From an uncultured Candidatus Saccharibacteria bacterium (lineage in GTDB: Bacteria > Patescibacteriota > Minisyncoccia > GWC2-36-17 > WO2-46-25), in the NCBI GenBank assembly GCA_964359755.1, contig CAYHUB010000002.1:924-64923 (forward strand): a stretch of DNA of 64,000 nucleotides, written 5' to 3'. The notes below the pieces were generated by a model. It was not told the origin of the DNA and made no database searches. It saw nothing but the letters and a program-made list of their open reading frames with translations. This document shows positions 47,279 through 57,313 of this stretch, in pieces (the first letter of the stretch is position 1; each line of letters begins with the position of its first letter). Made by a program: the position numbers and the translations under genes.

Positions 47279-49969
47279 ATGGAAAAACTTTTTTCGTACC
47301 GTATATATTACTTCTTGTTCGCACTAGCCGGACTTTTTCTGTTTTGCGGAGCGCACTATGCGTACGCGTATATGGCGCCGATAGATTGTGCAGGACCGTA
47401 TCTTCTCGGGCAGAAGTACGATGCATCTCCGCCCCCAACCCCTAAAAACGGTCAATTTGCCTGTGCTATCGGGACGGCAACCGGTGATACGCCGGTACCC
47501 TCGATTCCCTCGGGAAACTTCTATCGCTGCGAGGAAACCATGGCGAACCAGTTGTATTGCCGACATTATATAAATCCGACCACTGATTATTATACCTGTA
47601 CGTATTATGGAACCGGAGCTCATGTCGGAAGCGATTTTTTTCAGAGAATAATATTTGACAATTGCACCTACTCGGTTATTCCACCGACTATTTCGTTTAC
47701 CGCCCCTTCTTCTATTAATTTAGGCCAGTCCGCAACGCTTTCATGGAATGTGACAAACGCGGCAACCTGCACCGCGACGGGAGGGTGGTCCGGTGCCAAA
47801 GCTCTTCCTTCCGGCTCAGAAACGGTAACACCCACCACCACGACGACCTATACGCTATCGTGCACGGGATCAACCACCTTAAGCCAATCGCGCACCGTCA
47901 CGGTCAACATCCCTGACACCACCCCTCCAACCAGCCCGACCAATCTCGCCGCGTTTGCGGTTGCTACGTCCCAGATAAACCTCACCTGGACTGCGTCCAC
48001 CGACACGGGCGGGTCGGGGCTTGCGGGGTATCGTATTGAACGGTGCATGGGAGTGGGGTGCGCGAGTTTTGCCGAAATCGCCACTTCTCCTATTGCAAGT
48101 TACAGTAACATCGGTCTTGCGCCATCCACGAGTTACAGCTATCGCGCGCGCGCGTATGACGGCGCAGGAAATACCAGCGGATATTCCAATATCGACTCCG
48201 ACACCACGCCCGCGCCGGCCGACACCACGCCCCCTTCCGCGCCATCGCTTAGCGGTGTCGTATTTTCTCCCACGCAGATCGATCTTTCTTGGACCGCATC
48301 CACCGACAACGTTGGCGTTACGGGGTATCGCGTGTATCGCAACACCACGCTCATATATACGGCAGGGAGCGCTACAACGATATATTCAGATATGGGCCTC
48401 ATACCTTCCACTTCGTATAGTTATTACGTGTCGGCGTATGATAGCGCGGGAAACGCCACGCAATCTAACACGGTAACTATCGCGACGCCCGCAATACCCG
48501 ACACCACGCCGCCGGTATTTATATTCAATTCTCCCGGCTCGACGCTTCTTGCGGGTACGACGTCTGCGACGCTCGGAGGGACTACGAATGAAAACGCAAC
48601 ATGCCGATATAATGAAAACACCGACACCACGTTTGACTTGATGACGCCATTTAGCACCACGGGAACGACAAGCCATACTAAACTAATCCCGCAACTACCC
48701 TTACAACTGACCGACGGCACCGTGTATTATTATTATGTAAAATGTCGCGATACGGCGCCTATTCCCAATACTAATCCAGTAGGTATTCCGTATATGTTTC
48801 AGGTTGATTCCCCATTGCCCGACACGACGCCTCCTATCATTTCAAACGGATCGCCCTCAGGCGTGCTTGCCGCAGGTACCACATCAGTAACGATGAGCGT
48901 GGTCACCGATGACGATGCGTATTGCCGATATAATCAAGACAGCGATACTACGTTTGACCTTATGACAAATAATTTCACCAGTTCCGATCTTAAAAACCAT
49001 ACGGTACCGCTTATAGGCCTTACCAACGGCTCATCGTATTTGTATTACGTGAGGTGCCAGAACACGCCGGGAGGGTATGCGAACACGAGCGGCTATCCTA
49101 TCTCGTTTGTCATTGCGTTTCCCGCAAACATGAATCCGATGGCATTGATCGTCATAACGCCATCGACATCGGGCACCGCGCCGTTTGCGATATCCGCCAA
49201 CGGAAGCGGAAGCTACGATTCAGACGGAAGTATTGCGCAATATACGTGGAGTTGGGGGGACGGCTCGCCAAACGCGACCGGCGTTGGGTCGTCGCATACC
49301 TACGCCACCGCGGGTACCTACGCACTTTCGCTTAAGGTGGTTGATAATCAAGGCGGCAGCAACACCGCCTACGAGACGATCGCGGTTTCTGCGGCGACCG
49401 TGCTTCCCCCTCCGAGTTCAGTGAATGTGTGCACCGCCGAATGTACGCATACCTCCGACTGCATAGCTCTTTACGGTTCCTCCTCTATCTGCGGTCCTTC
49501 GAAGTTTTGCACCGCGCAAGGGGGCGGCGAGGGCCCGTTCCGTTCTGATTTTTACCTCTCGCGCACCGACGGCTCCATGAGCCAGCAATCGCCCGCCACA
49601 TTCCCCGCGGGAACCGCTTCTGTTATCATGAGCATGAAAACAGACGTGAACGCGGAGTGCCAATATTCGACAGTCAGCAACACGCTCTATGATGCAAGCG
49701 CGATGAAAACATTTACAAGCACCGGCACACTCGATCATTCGGTCACGCTGACCGGCCTCGCAAGTATGACCGCGTCAGCGCACACATACTATGTCCGCTG
49801 CCGCGATCTTGAGAGCGGTATCGTGAATGACACCGATCAAGCCATATCGTTTATTACGGGTGCGCCGATTATTGTGTCGGGTCCGGACCCTTACATGTGC
49901 CTCATTAATGCTGATTTTGTCCGCGACAACATTCCGTATGTGTTTGATATTTGCATGCCGAAACCATGA
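47279..49969 (+). CDS. Secreted multidomain surface protein (FN3 x2, Cys-bridged Ig/FN3-like x3, PKD)
   Basis: Signal peptide, DTTPP..INLTWTASTD..GY..Y.Y...AYD.AGN FN3 repeats, and a SYDSDGSI..Y.W.WGDG..HTY..AGTY PKD domain. Confidence 0.85.
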   Translation: MEKLFSYRIYYFLFALAGLFLFCGAHYAYAYMAPIDCAGPYLLGQKYDASPPPTPKNGQFACAIGTATGDTPVPSIPSGNFYRCEETMANQLYCRHYINPTTDYYTCTYYGTGAHVGSDFFQRIIFDNCTYSVIPPTISFTAPSSINLGQSATLSWNVTNAATCTATGGWSGAKALPSGSETVTPTTTTTYTLSCTGSTTLSQSRTVTVNIPDTTPPTSPTNLAAFAVATSQINLTWTASTDTGGSGLAGYRIERCMGVGCASFAEIATSPIASYSNIGLAPSTSYSYRARAYDGAGNTSGYSNIDSDTTPAPADTTPPSAPSLSGVVFSPTQIDLSWTASTDNVGVTGYRVYRNTTLIYTAGSATTIYSDMGLIPSTSYSYYVSAYDSAGNATQSNTVTIATPAIPDTTPPVFIFNSPGSTLLAGTTSATLGGTTNENATCRYNENTDTTFDLMTPFSTTGTTSHTKLIPQLPLQLTDGTVYYYYVKCRDTAPIPNTNPVGIPYMFQVDSPLPDTTPPIISNGSPSGVLAAGTTSVTMSVVTDDDAYCRYNQDSDTTFDLMTNNFTSSDLKNHTVPLIGLTNGSSYLYYVRCQNTPGGYANTSGYPISFVIAFPANMNPMALIVITPSTSGTAPFAISANGSGSYDSDGSIAQYTWSWGDGSPNATGVGSSHTYATAGTYALSLKVVDNQGGSNTAYETIAVSAATVLPPPSSVNVCTAECTHTSDCIALYGSSSICGPSKFCTAQGGGEGPFRSDFYLSRTDGSMSQQSPATFPAGTASVIMSMKTDVNAECQYSTVSNTLYDASAMKTFTSTGTLDHSVTLTGLASMTASAHTYYVRCRDLESGIVNDTDQAISFITGAPIIVSGPDPYMCLINADFVRDNIPYVFDICMPKP

Positions 49970-52900
49970 AATTTGAAACCTGGAAAACAAAAATAAAAAA
50001 TAAAAAAATACGCATCGCGCTCGCGAGCATGTTTTTGGTCGCCGCAGGCGCGGCACTCGGCGCGATGCCGTTCTATGCGCACGCGAGCACGGTGTTTATT
50101 CCTTTTCCAATTGATGTTGCCAGTTCTAGTACTGCCGGCGTCACCGCATGGACGACATATGCAAATACAGGCGGAGCTATCCCTGCGAGCGCAACCGGCG
50201 TTATTTTGGAAGCTTACGGAAGGATGTGTTGTGTCGATGGTGCCGGTGGGGACGTAGACGGACGTATTAAAATTCGCAAAGATAGCACGTCTTCCGAGTA
50301 CGTGCTTTTACGCGGGAGAGCATCTTCCGGAGGCGACAATGTTGCATGGGTAAATCAAGGGGTGTTTCCTGTCAGTTCAACCGGCACATTTCAATACGCC
50401 GTAGAAAGTCCGGGACTTGACTCGGGATGGAGGATAAAGATAATAGGGTATACCACCGACATTGTATTTGTAGCTCCCGTTCTCATTGGTAGCGGTAGCG
50501 GCACCGATGCCATTTCATGGACAGCATACAACAACGATGGCGGGGTTATTCCTCCCAGCGCAACCGGCGTTATTTTGGAAGCTGAGGCAGCGATGTGTTG
50601 CACTGATGGGGGAGGGGACGTGGATGCGCACATCGTGATTCGCAAAGACGGTACGTCTCCCCAATACGTGCTTTTACGAGGAAGAGCATCTGGCGGAGGC
50701 GACGGTGCCGCTTGGGCAACTCAAGGAGTGTTTCCTGTCAGCTCAGGGGGGGAATTTCAATACGCCATAGAGGCTCCGGGATTTGATGGCTGGCTTGGAC
50801 TTGATGGCGTTACATGGAAGATAAAGATAGTGGGGTATACCACCGACCGCAGATTTATTGCCCCAACCGAAGTCGCCAGCTATACACCATCGTGGTATTC
50901 CATAAGCGGCTCCAATGAGGGTACCGCTCTTCCTGGCTGGACCACCTATACTGATCCAAATGATATCATCCCCTCTAATGCAACCGCTGTTATTTTGCAA
51001 GCGGAAGGAGGGATGGACGGACCAGATGGTGCTATTGATGTGGATGGATATATATTAATCCGTAAAAATAGCTCATCCATGAATCTCACGCTTTTACGCG
51101 GGATATCGTCTTCCGACGGCGACGATATCGCATGGGCAAATCAAGGAGTGTTTCCTCTTAGCCCAACAGGCACATTTGATTACATGGTATTTGCTCCGGG
51201 ATTTCACCACGGATGGAAGCTAAAAATAGTGGGGTATGTCGCCAGCGCGACTCTTCCGTCTATCTGCCCAAACTTCGGTCTTGAACGCACGACGACCTAC
51301 GACCTGCAAAATGAAGCGTACGCGACCGGATATGGCGTTGCCGTGGACAGCAGTAATAATACATACATCACCGGAGATCAATACGCGCCTGCGACGGCAA
51401 GCATGGATATGTATGTCATCAAATACGACCAAGCCGGCAATGTGGTATGGTCTGCCGTATATGATAATGCGGGGGGCAATGAATCGGGATATGGCATCGC
51501 GGTAACGCCAAACGGAAGCGCCGTATATGTGGTGGGAAGCCAGAACGAAAAAGCATTTATACGCAAGTATGATTCAGCCGGATCTTTGGTAACATCATTC
51601 GGTTCCGGCGGGACAGTGGTATATGAATATGGCGCCCAGACCGTCGCGCGCGCGGTCGCGCTTGATACCGCGGGGAATGTGTATGTAGCGGGACATCGGG
51701 GAAAAGCATCAGGGTCGGGCATTGACGCGGTATTGCTGTCATACAATTCTTCCGGATCGCTCCTTTCAGGGTTCCCGGTGATCTACAGCGCTACATATAA
51801 TTCATCCGCGCTCGGCGTTACGGTGTCGGGTTCTTCCGTGTATATGACGGGGTATGTTCAAGTGTCTTCCACAGATACCGATATGTTTGTGGGGAAATAT
51901 ACCACAAGCGGCGCGCTGTCGTGGTCTAAAACGTATCAGAATACAATATCAATCACTATTTTTGGCACAACGATTACCTTACCTGATGAGAATGAAACCG
52001 AAACAGGATATGGCGTGAGCGTGGATGGCAGCGGAAATGTGTTTGTAACGGGATACACCAGCGAAAATGGAGGGCATACCTTTTTGAGAAAATATGATTC
52101 ATCGGGAGCGCTTGCGTGGGGCGAGGTGCGCAACTCCGCCGGCGTTCCCAATGACATGGGGAGGGGGGTGGTAGTCGGAAATTCTGGGAGGATATTTGTA
52201 ACAGGGCGCCAGCAAACAAACAATGAGGACGCGTTTTTGGCGGAATATTATACGGATCAAACGACCCTTGTTACCTACCCTGATTTTTCAAAGGGACCGC
52301 TAAGTTTATGCGCAAACGGTAAAATCGCTTTTGTATATGAAAGAAATGGATCAAGGGCGCGCGTGTATCTTACGACTTTTCCCACAGGCAGTAGTGACAC
52401 TACTACTTGGGTGGGGTTTGGATGCACGGGCGGTGATCCCGGGCATTGGGCCGAAGCCGCCGGCAAAAGAATGTTCTATGATTTTGATTGGAATGATGTC
52501 CCTGCGGAAATAACCGAATTTACCGCGATAGTAGACACCAATGATTCAAATGTAGGCACCAAGGACTGGAAGGGATCGGCGACGTTTTTAAGAAGCGATG
52601 CGGACAAAACGGTTATGGGCGGTGAGTGTTACTGTAGCACTACGTGGGGTACTCCACTCTCTCCTCTCACCATGGATATTCACTGGCACAGCGTGCTTAA
52701 AGGGTTGACTCCCACTACCCTCCCTTATCAAGGCGATAAGGGAGGTATGACGGAGTATAACGAAATGGCGCATGGCATTGCGCAGACCAACTCAACCGTT
52801 TCGGGACACACTACTACTTCTAATGACGTATATGTCGTTGGGTATCAGGCATCTAATGGCGGTTCGGCATTTCTCAATAAATACAGTTGTAATGCGTTAT

Positions 52901-55900
52901 TAGGTCCGGGAGGTGGAGGCGGAGGCGGAGGCGATACCGTGATCGCTGCTTTCACCCCCACGCCGATCAGCGGGACGGACCCGCTCACGGTGAGCGTGGA
53001 CGCACGCGCTTCTTCAGGCACGATAACAAGCTATGAATGGGATTGGAGCTATGACGGCGTTACATTTGATATCGATGGTATGGGCATGCTTGCATCGAAC
53101 GAATATACCGCGCACGGAACATATACGATCGCGTTGAGAATAACCACGGTTGGAAACGTAACCGATATCGATGCGCAAACCATCACTGTTTCGCCAAACC
53201 AGGCACCTATCGCCGGCTTTAAAGTGTGCGATATGGATAACAGTAACTGCGTACCTCCGGCGCCCGAGCCATTTACCGGCGCGTCGCCTCTGCGCGTGAA
53301 TGTAGACGGCGGCGACGGGGCAAGCTACGATCCGGATGAATTACAAGGCGGCTATATCGCATCCTTCAGCTGGGACTGGGGCGACGGGACGGTTTCAGGG
53401 GTCGGCGAGAAAGCAACACACCTGTATTCCACTCCTAAGCCATATACCATCACGCTTACCGTGACGGATAATGGAGGCTTACCGAGCACCGCCGTAACAA
53501 AGAGTGTTTTAGTGACCGAACAATACGTATGCACGTCGGGATCGGGGTCTGGAGGAGTATGTGCGGGATCAACGCCGGTATGCGGTCCCACGGAAACAGA
53601 GGGCGTTACGGCGTGCTATGCGTGTCTTGAGGATACGAGTTGCGGGACAGGATACCAGTGCCTCGGTGCCGCGTGCAACGCAGGCGATATGTGTCTTCCT
53701 GATGCCGCCGGCAATCCTGTCGCGTGTCCTTTGGACGGGAAATGCCCCGAAGCAGTTACTTGTAACCCGCTTGTAAGCGCGACGTGCCCCGATGGTTCGA
53801 CATGCCCCGCAAGCGGAGTTTGCCCGGCGGTGAAAAACATTTGTGCGCTTTCGGGTTCCGGGGTTGATGCGCAATGCTATGTTGAGGAGCAGGGGAGCTG
53901 CGCAATCAATGCCGATTGCACCGAAAGCATTATGGGAGGCGTATGCGAGAGCGGTTCGTGCAGATACGCCCGCTGTTCATACGAAAATTCATTGGCGTGT
54001 ACCACCGCCGCCGATTGCGCGGACAGCGACGGCATTTGCAACGCCGGTGCATGCGTATATATATACGATTGCGCGTACGGCCCCGGCATGGAGGGAGGGG
54101 TAACGGGGTTATACGTCACCTCCACGCCCGACACGATGCCGACGATGCCGATGGGCGTTCAGTCGGACGGGCAGGCGTGCACTCAGCCGACGCCCGACGC
54201 GCCCAACAACTGCGAAGGCATCAACGGATGTCTGTATTACAATTATTATCCCACCACCGGAACACCGATTCCTAATTCAAGTAACAGCGTTGCCAACTGC
54301 GTGAATACGTTTGAAGGAGGCACCGGGTGCATATATTACCAATATTACAGTTCGCTTGCCGTCGCCACGACGCCGGCGACAAAAACCAATTGCTTGCCGC
54401 GCTACGCCGAGAAGTCAAAAAAATCGCCACAGGCGGGCATTCCCGAAGGGTGTTTTGTCGTTGACAAAGGCACCGCGGGAAAGGAATACAACTGTACTTC
54501 AATTGACGGATGTTATTACTATCTCGACGGAAGCGTTGATTGCACGTACACGAAAGCTACCGCGACAGCGTGCACGACAAACGCGCAGTGCGAAGCGGCA
54601 AGTACCGTGCCGCTTATGATCCCCGTGTGCGATACGGGCCTATGCGAATACAAAGGGAACGGGTGCTTTTATGAGCCGAATCCCGAGGGCGCTATTTCAT
54701 GCCCGGGCGCGACCAGACCTGCCACAGGCGGAGATGACTTTGTCCAGTGCACGCTGAACCCCGACGGATTACTTCCCGGGTTTTTGGATACAAGCGGCAA
54801 CGTGCTTAGTTCGTGCAACACGAACGCTGATTGTCCCGCGAATAATATCTGTCTGAACGGCACATGCTATCCGGCCTGTCAGGCAAATGTCGACTGCGCG
54901 ACCGGCGAGCAATGCACGACCACTTGTACTACCTCGATGGACTGCACCGCAGGGCTGATATGCGATGCAAACGTATGCGTACTGCCGCAGTGCGCGGGCG
55001 CAACGCCATCAGGAACGCTGTGGAATGTCACCATGGCGAATCTCGGCCTTACCACTTCCACGGATTCAAATTGCAGATATTCAATCGACAGTGCCACCGC
55101 GTATACCGCAATGATGCCGTTTGCGACCACGAACACGACAAGCCACAGCCAGCAGTTGACCGGTCTTATTGACGGTTCCTACGCATACTATGTGTTGTGC
55201 CAGGAACTATCATCAAGCGTGCTTGCCGGTATGTGCCAGATTGATTTTACGATCGATACGCTCATGTGTATCCCGGGCACGATATGCCCCAACGGCGCGG
55301 TGTGCCCCGCTAGCGGGGTGTGCCCGTCAACGGTCCCTGCGTGCGCGGGCGCGTCCCCCACAGGCAAACTTCCTTTCGGCACGACCTCGACAACGATTGG
55401 GCTTGCCACCGCGCAAGACGCGATATGCAGCTACTCTTTGATAGTGACCGATCCGTATGCAACGATGGCGCCGTTTACCACTACCGGTACGACAAGTCAT
55501 AGCACGAACGTAACAGGTCTGTTTACGGGTGCAAATACCTATTACGCAAAATGCCAAGATGCGGCTGACCCAACTAAAATCACCAATGCGTGTTCGATAG
55601 TATTCGGGGTGGGAGACGATTGCACCTCAAATTTGCAGTGTTTTGGCGGATTTCAGTGCGTGAACGGCACATGCCAGCCGCCGGTGTGCGGGAACGCGTT
55701 GCCGACCGGCGCGCTTACTCCGGGAACTCCGAGCACGACCATCAGCATGACGACCCCCGCGGATGCAACCTGCCGATATTCGATCAATAGCGCTGATCTG
55801 TACAGCGCGATGACTTCATTCACTACGACCGGCACCACAAATCATTCCTCCTTTGTGTCGGGGCTTGTAACGGGGGGAAACACGCATTATGTGCGGTGCC

Positions 55901-56580
55901 AGGATGCGGTGACCAGCGCGGAAAAATTCTGTTCGATTCCGTTCACGGTCGGCGTGTGCAATCAGCAATACAAATGCGAAACAGGGTGGATGTGTATTCC
56001 CAACATCGGGAACGGTATGTGCACTCCGCCGCCGCCGCCATGTGATCCGGGCACGCTGTGCCCCGATGGGCAGATGTGTCCCGTAAACGGAATGTGTCCG
56101 CCGCCGCCGCCATGCGTGCAGGGAGACCCTCTTTGTTCGAACAACTGGTGTCCGCAGGGATCCGTATACAACGCAATCACGGGAGAGTGCGATTACGGTA
56201 ATTACGATACTTTCTGTTCGTTGAATCCCACGCATCCGTTATGTGTTAGTGGGCCATCAGGGCCGAACAGCGCGATCTTATCCGGCATCACATCCTGCAA
56301 CACACTTGGGTATACCTTCACCGGCACGGCGATTACGCCGTCGGGCAATTGCGATCTTGTCGCTATCATCCTCGCCCTGCTTTCATGGATGGCGTGGATC
56401 ATCGCTTTGCTTGCGGTACTCTCGGGTCTGCGCGCGGCGTATCTCTATATCACCTCCATGGGCGACGAGCGCAAGCTTATTCTCGCGCGCCGGTATTTGA
56501 TCTATACTACGATCGGCGTAGGCGTGTCGGTACTGACCTTCAGCATCGTGGCGATAACAAGGGCAATACTCAACATCTAA
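49966..56580 (+). CDS. Giant (~2,200 aa) adhesin-like protein with C-terminal VirB2/TrbC-like pilin domain
   Basis: Signal peptide (..AHA), three ~125-aa tandem repeats, SBBP-type propeller repeats (GVAVDSSNNTYITG), 2 PKD domains and a Cys-rich region. C-terminus LSWMAWIIALLAVLSGLRAAYLYITSMGD..AR..L.Y..IGV.V is homologous to the downstream pilins. Start at ATG 49966 (ATGA overlap). Confidence 0.85.
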   Translation: MKFETWKTKIKNKKIRIALASMFLVAAGAALGAMPFYAHASTVFIPFPIDVASSSTAGVTAWTTYANTGGAIPASATGVILEAYGRMCCVDGAGGDVDGRIKIRKDSTSSEYVLLRGRASSGGDNVAWVNQGVFPVSSTGTFQYAVESPGLDSGWRIKIIGYTTDIVFVAPVLIGSGSGTDAISWTAYNNDGGVIPPSATGVILEAEAAMCCTDGGGDVDAHIVIRKDGTSPQYVLLRGRASGGGDGAAWATQGVFPVSSGGEFQYAIEAPGFDGWLGLDGVTWKIKIVGYTTDRRFIAPTEVASYTPSWYSISGSNEGTALPGWTTYTDPNDIIPSNATAVILQAEGGMDGPDGAIDVDGYILIRKNSSSMNLTLLRGISSSDGDDIAWANQGVFPLSPTGTFDYMVFAPGFHHGWKLKIVGYVASATLPSICPNFGLERTTTYDLQNEAYATGYGVAVDSSNNTYITGDQYAPATASMDMYVIKYDQAGNVVWSAVYDNAGGNESGYGIAVTPNGSAVYVVGSQNEKAFIRKYDSAGSLVTSFGSGGTVVYEYGAQTVARAVALDTAGNVYVAGHRGKASGSGIDAVLLSYNSSGSLLSGFPVIYSATYNSSALGVTVSGSSVYMTGYVQVSSTDTDMFVGKYTTSGALSWSKTYQNTISITIFGTTITLPDENETETGYGVSVDGSGNVFVTGYTSENGGHTFLRKYDSSGALAWGEVRNSAGVPNDMGRGVVVGNSGRIFVTGRQQTNNEDAFLAEYYTDQTTLVTYPDFSKGPLSLCANGKIAFVYERNGSRARVYLTTFPTGSSDTTTWVGFGCTGGDPGHWAEAAGKRMFYDFDWNDVPAEITEFTAIVDTNDSNVGTKDWKGSATFLRSDADKTVMGGECYCSTTWGTPLSPLTMDIHWHSVLKGLTPTTLPYQGDKGGMTEYNEMAHGIAQTNSTVSGHTTTSNDVYVVGYQASNGGSAFLNKYSCNALLGPGGGGGGGGDTVIAAFTPTPISGTDPLTVSVDARASSGTITSYEWDWSYDGVTFDIDGMGMLASNEYTAHGTYTIALRITTVGNVTDIDAQTITVSPNQAPIAGFKVCDMDNSNCVPPAPEPFTGASPLRVNVDGGDGASYDPDELQGGYIASFSWDWGDGTVSGVGEKATHLYSTPKPYTITLTVTDNGGLPSTAVTKSVLVTEQYVCTSGSGSGGVCAGSTPVCGPTETEGVTACYACLEDTSCGTGYQCLGAACNAGDMCLPDAAGNPVACPLDGKCPEAVTCNPLVSATCPDGSTCPASGVCPAVKNICALSGSGVDAQCYVEEQGSCAINADCTESIMGGVCESGSCRYARCSYENSLACTTAADCADSDGICNAGACVYIYDCAYGPGMEGGVTGLYVTSTPDTMPTMPMGVQSDGQACTQPTPDAPNNCEGINGCLYYNYYPTTGTPIPNSSNSVANCVNTFEGGTGCIYYQYYSSLAVATTPATKTNCLPRYAEKSKKSPQAGIPEGCFVVDKGTAGKEYNCTSIDGCYYYLDGSVDCTYTKATATACTTNAQCEAASTVPLMIPVCDTGLCEYKGNGCFYEPNPEGAISCPGATRPATGGDDFVQCTLNPDGLLPGFLDTSGNVLSSCNTNADCPANNICLNGTCYPACQANVDCATGEQCTTTCTTSMDCTAGLICDANVCVLPQCAGATPSGTLWNVTMANLGLTTSTDSNCRYSIDSATAYTAMMPFATTNTTSHSQQLTGLIDGSYAYYVLCQELSSSVLAGMCQIDFTIDTLMCIPGTICPNGAVCPASGVCPSTVPACAGASPTGKLPFGTTSTTIGLATAQDAICSYSLIVTDPYATMAPFTTTGTTSHSTNVTGLFTGANTYYAKCQDAADPTKITNACSIVFGVGDDCTSNLQCFGGFQCVNGTCQPPVCGNALPTGALTPGTPSTTISMTTPADATCRYSINSADLYSAMTSFTTTGTTNHSSFVSGLVTGGNTHYVRCQDAVTSAEKFCSIPFTVGVCNQQYKCETGWMCIPNIGNGMCTPPPPPCDPGTLCPDGQMCPVNGMCPPPPPCVQGDPLCSNNWCPQGSVYNAITGECDYGNYDTFCSLNPTHPLCVSGPSGPNSAILSGITSCNTLGYTFTGTAITPSGNCDLVAIILALLSWMAWIIALLAVLSGLRAAYLYITSMGDERKLILARRYLIYTTIGVGVSVLTFSIVAITRAILNI

Positions 56581-56584
56581 ACCT

Positions 56585-56619
56585 TGAAACGTGAAACGTG
56601 AAACGTGGAACATGAAACA
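56585..56619 (+). repeat. Heptamer tandem repeat
   Basis: TGAAACG x3, TGGAACA, TGAAACA. Overlaps the start of the next pilin gene. Confidence 0.8.
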
Positions 56620-57274
56620 TAGAATTCAAAATTCAAGCGCTGTTTTTTTTGTATGTGCCACAGTCGCGCTGGCGTTTCTTTTTCCGTTGGCTACCGGGGT
56701 GTATGCGGAACCATTTACTCCGGGCCCAACCGGAACGCCTAGTCCCATATTCGAACCTCCCACCGGAGCCACATCGTTTTCCGCTATTGTGTGCAAAGTA
56801 ATCGAGTTTTTTTCCGCAACAATCCTTCCGCCGCTTGCGGTACTGATGATGCTGGTGGTAGGATTTTTGTTCATGATAGGCGGCCAGATGCCTCAGAAAG
56901 CGATTGCCGCGCGAAAAACGCTGTTATACGTTGTCGCGGGAGTGGTATTGCTGTTGCTTGCCCCGGGGATCCTTGGGGTGATTGTTGATATCACAGGAGC
57001 ATCATCTGCATCCTTTACCGCGTGCTCCACGTCAATAACGACCGCGAGCATCATAGCAACGATCGCAGGACTCGTTAATTGGTTCGCGTGGTTCGTTTCT
57101 ATCACCTCCGTCGCGATGGGCCTGTACGCCGGCGCGCTCTACCTCACCGCGCGTGGCGATTCAGCGCAGGTGCTCAAAGCGACAAAAGTGTTTTCCTTTA
57201 CCATTATCGGCATCGCGGTCGCGGTCGTTTCGTTCAGCATTATCGTGCTGACAAAAACGTTCTTCGGGATATAG
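56612..57274 (+). CDS. Pilin with two tandem VirB2/TrbC-like domains
   Basis: Signal peptide, then GFLFMIGG..P..AR.TLLY.V.G and VNWFAW..GLYAGALYLTARGD..IIGIAV units. Confidence 0.8.
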   Translation: MKHRIQNSSAVFFVCATVALAFLFPLATGVYAEPFTPGPTGTPSPIFEPPTGATSFSAIVCKVIEFFSATILPPLAVLMMLVVGFLFMIGGQMPQKAIAARKTLLYVVAGVVLLLLAPGILGVIVDITGASSASFTACSTSITTASIIATIAGLVNWFAWFVSITSVAMGLYAGALYLTARGDSAQVLKATKVFSFTIIGIAVAVVSFSIIVLTKTFFGI

Positions 57275-57313
57275 GATCTCCTAAGCATAAGACTACCGCG
57301 CATATTTCTGCGC

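Noticed and set aside
49585-49599. 14/15 match of the family B copy 1 arm (GCAATCGCCCGCCAC) inside the 896-aa gene, as a possible guide target
   Set aside because: A single short imperfect match is plausible by chance in 64 kb, and I noticed no comparable match for the other arms.
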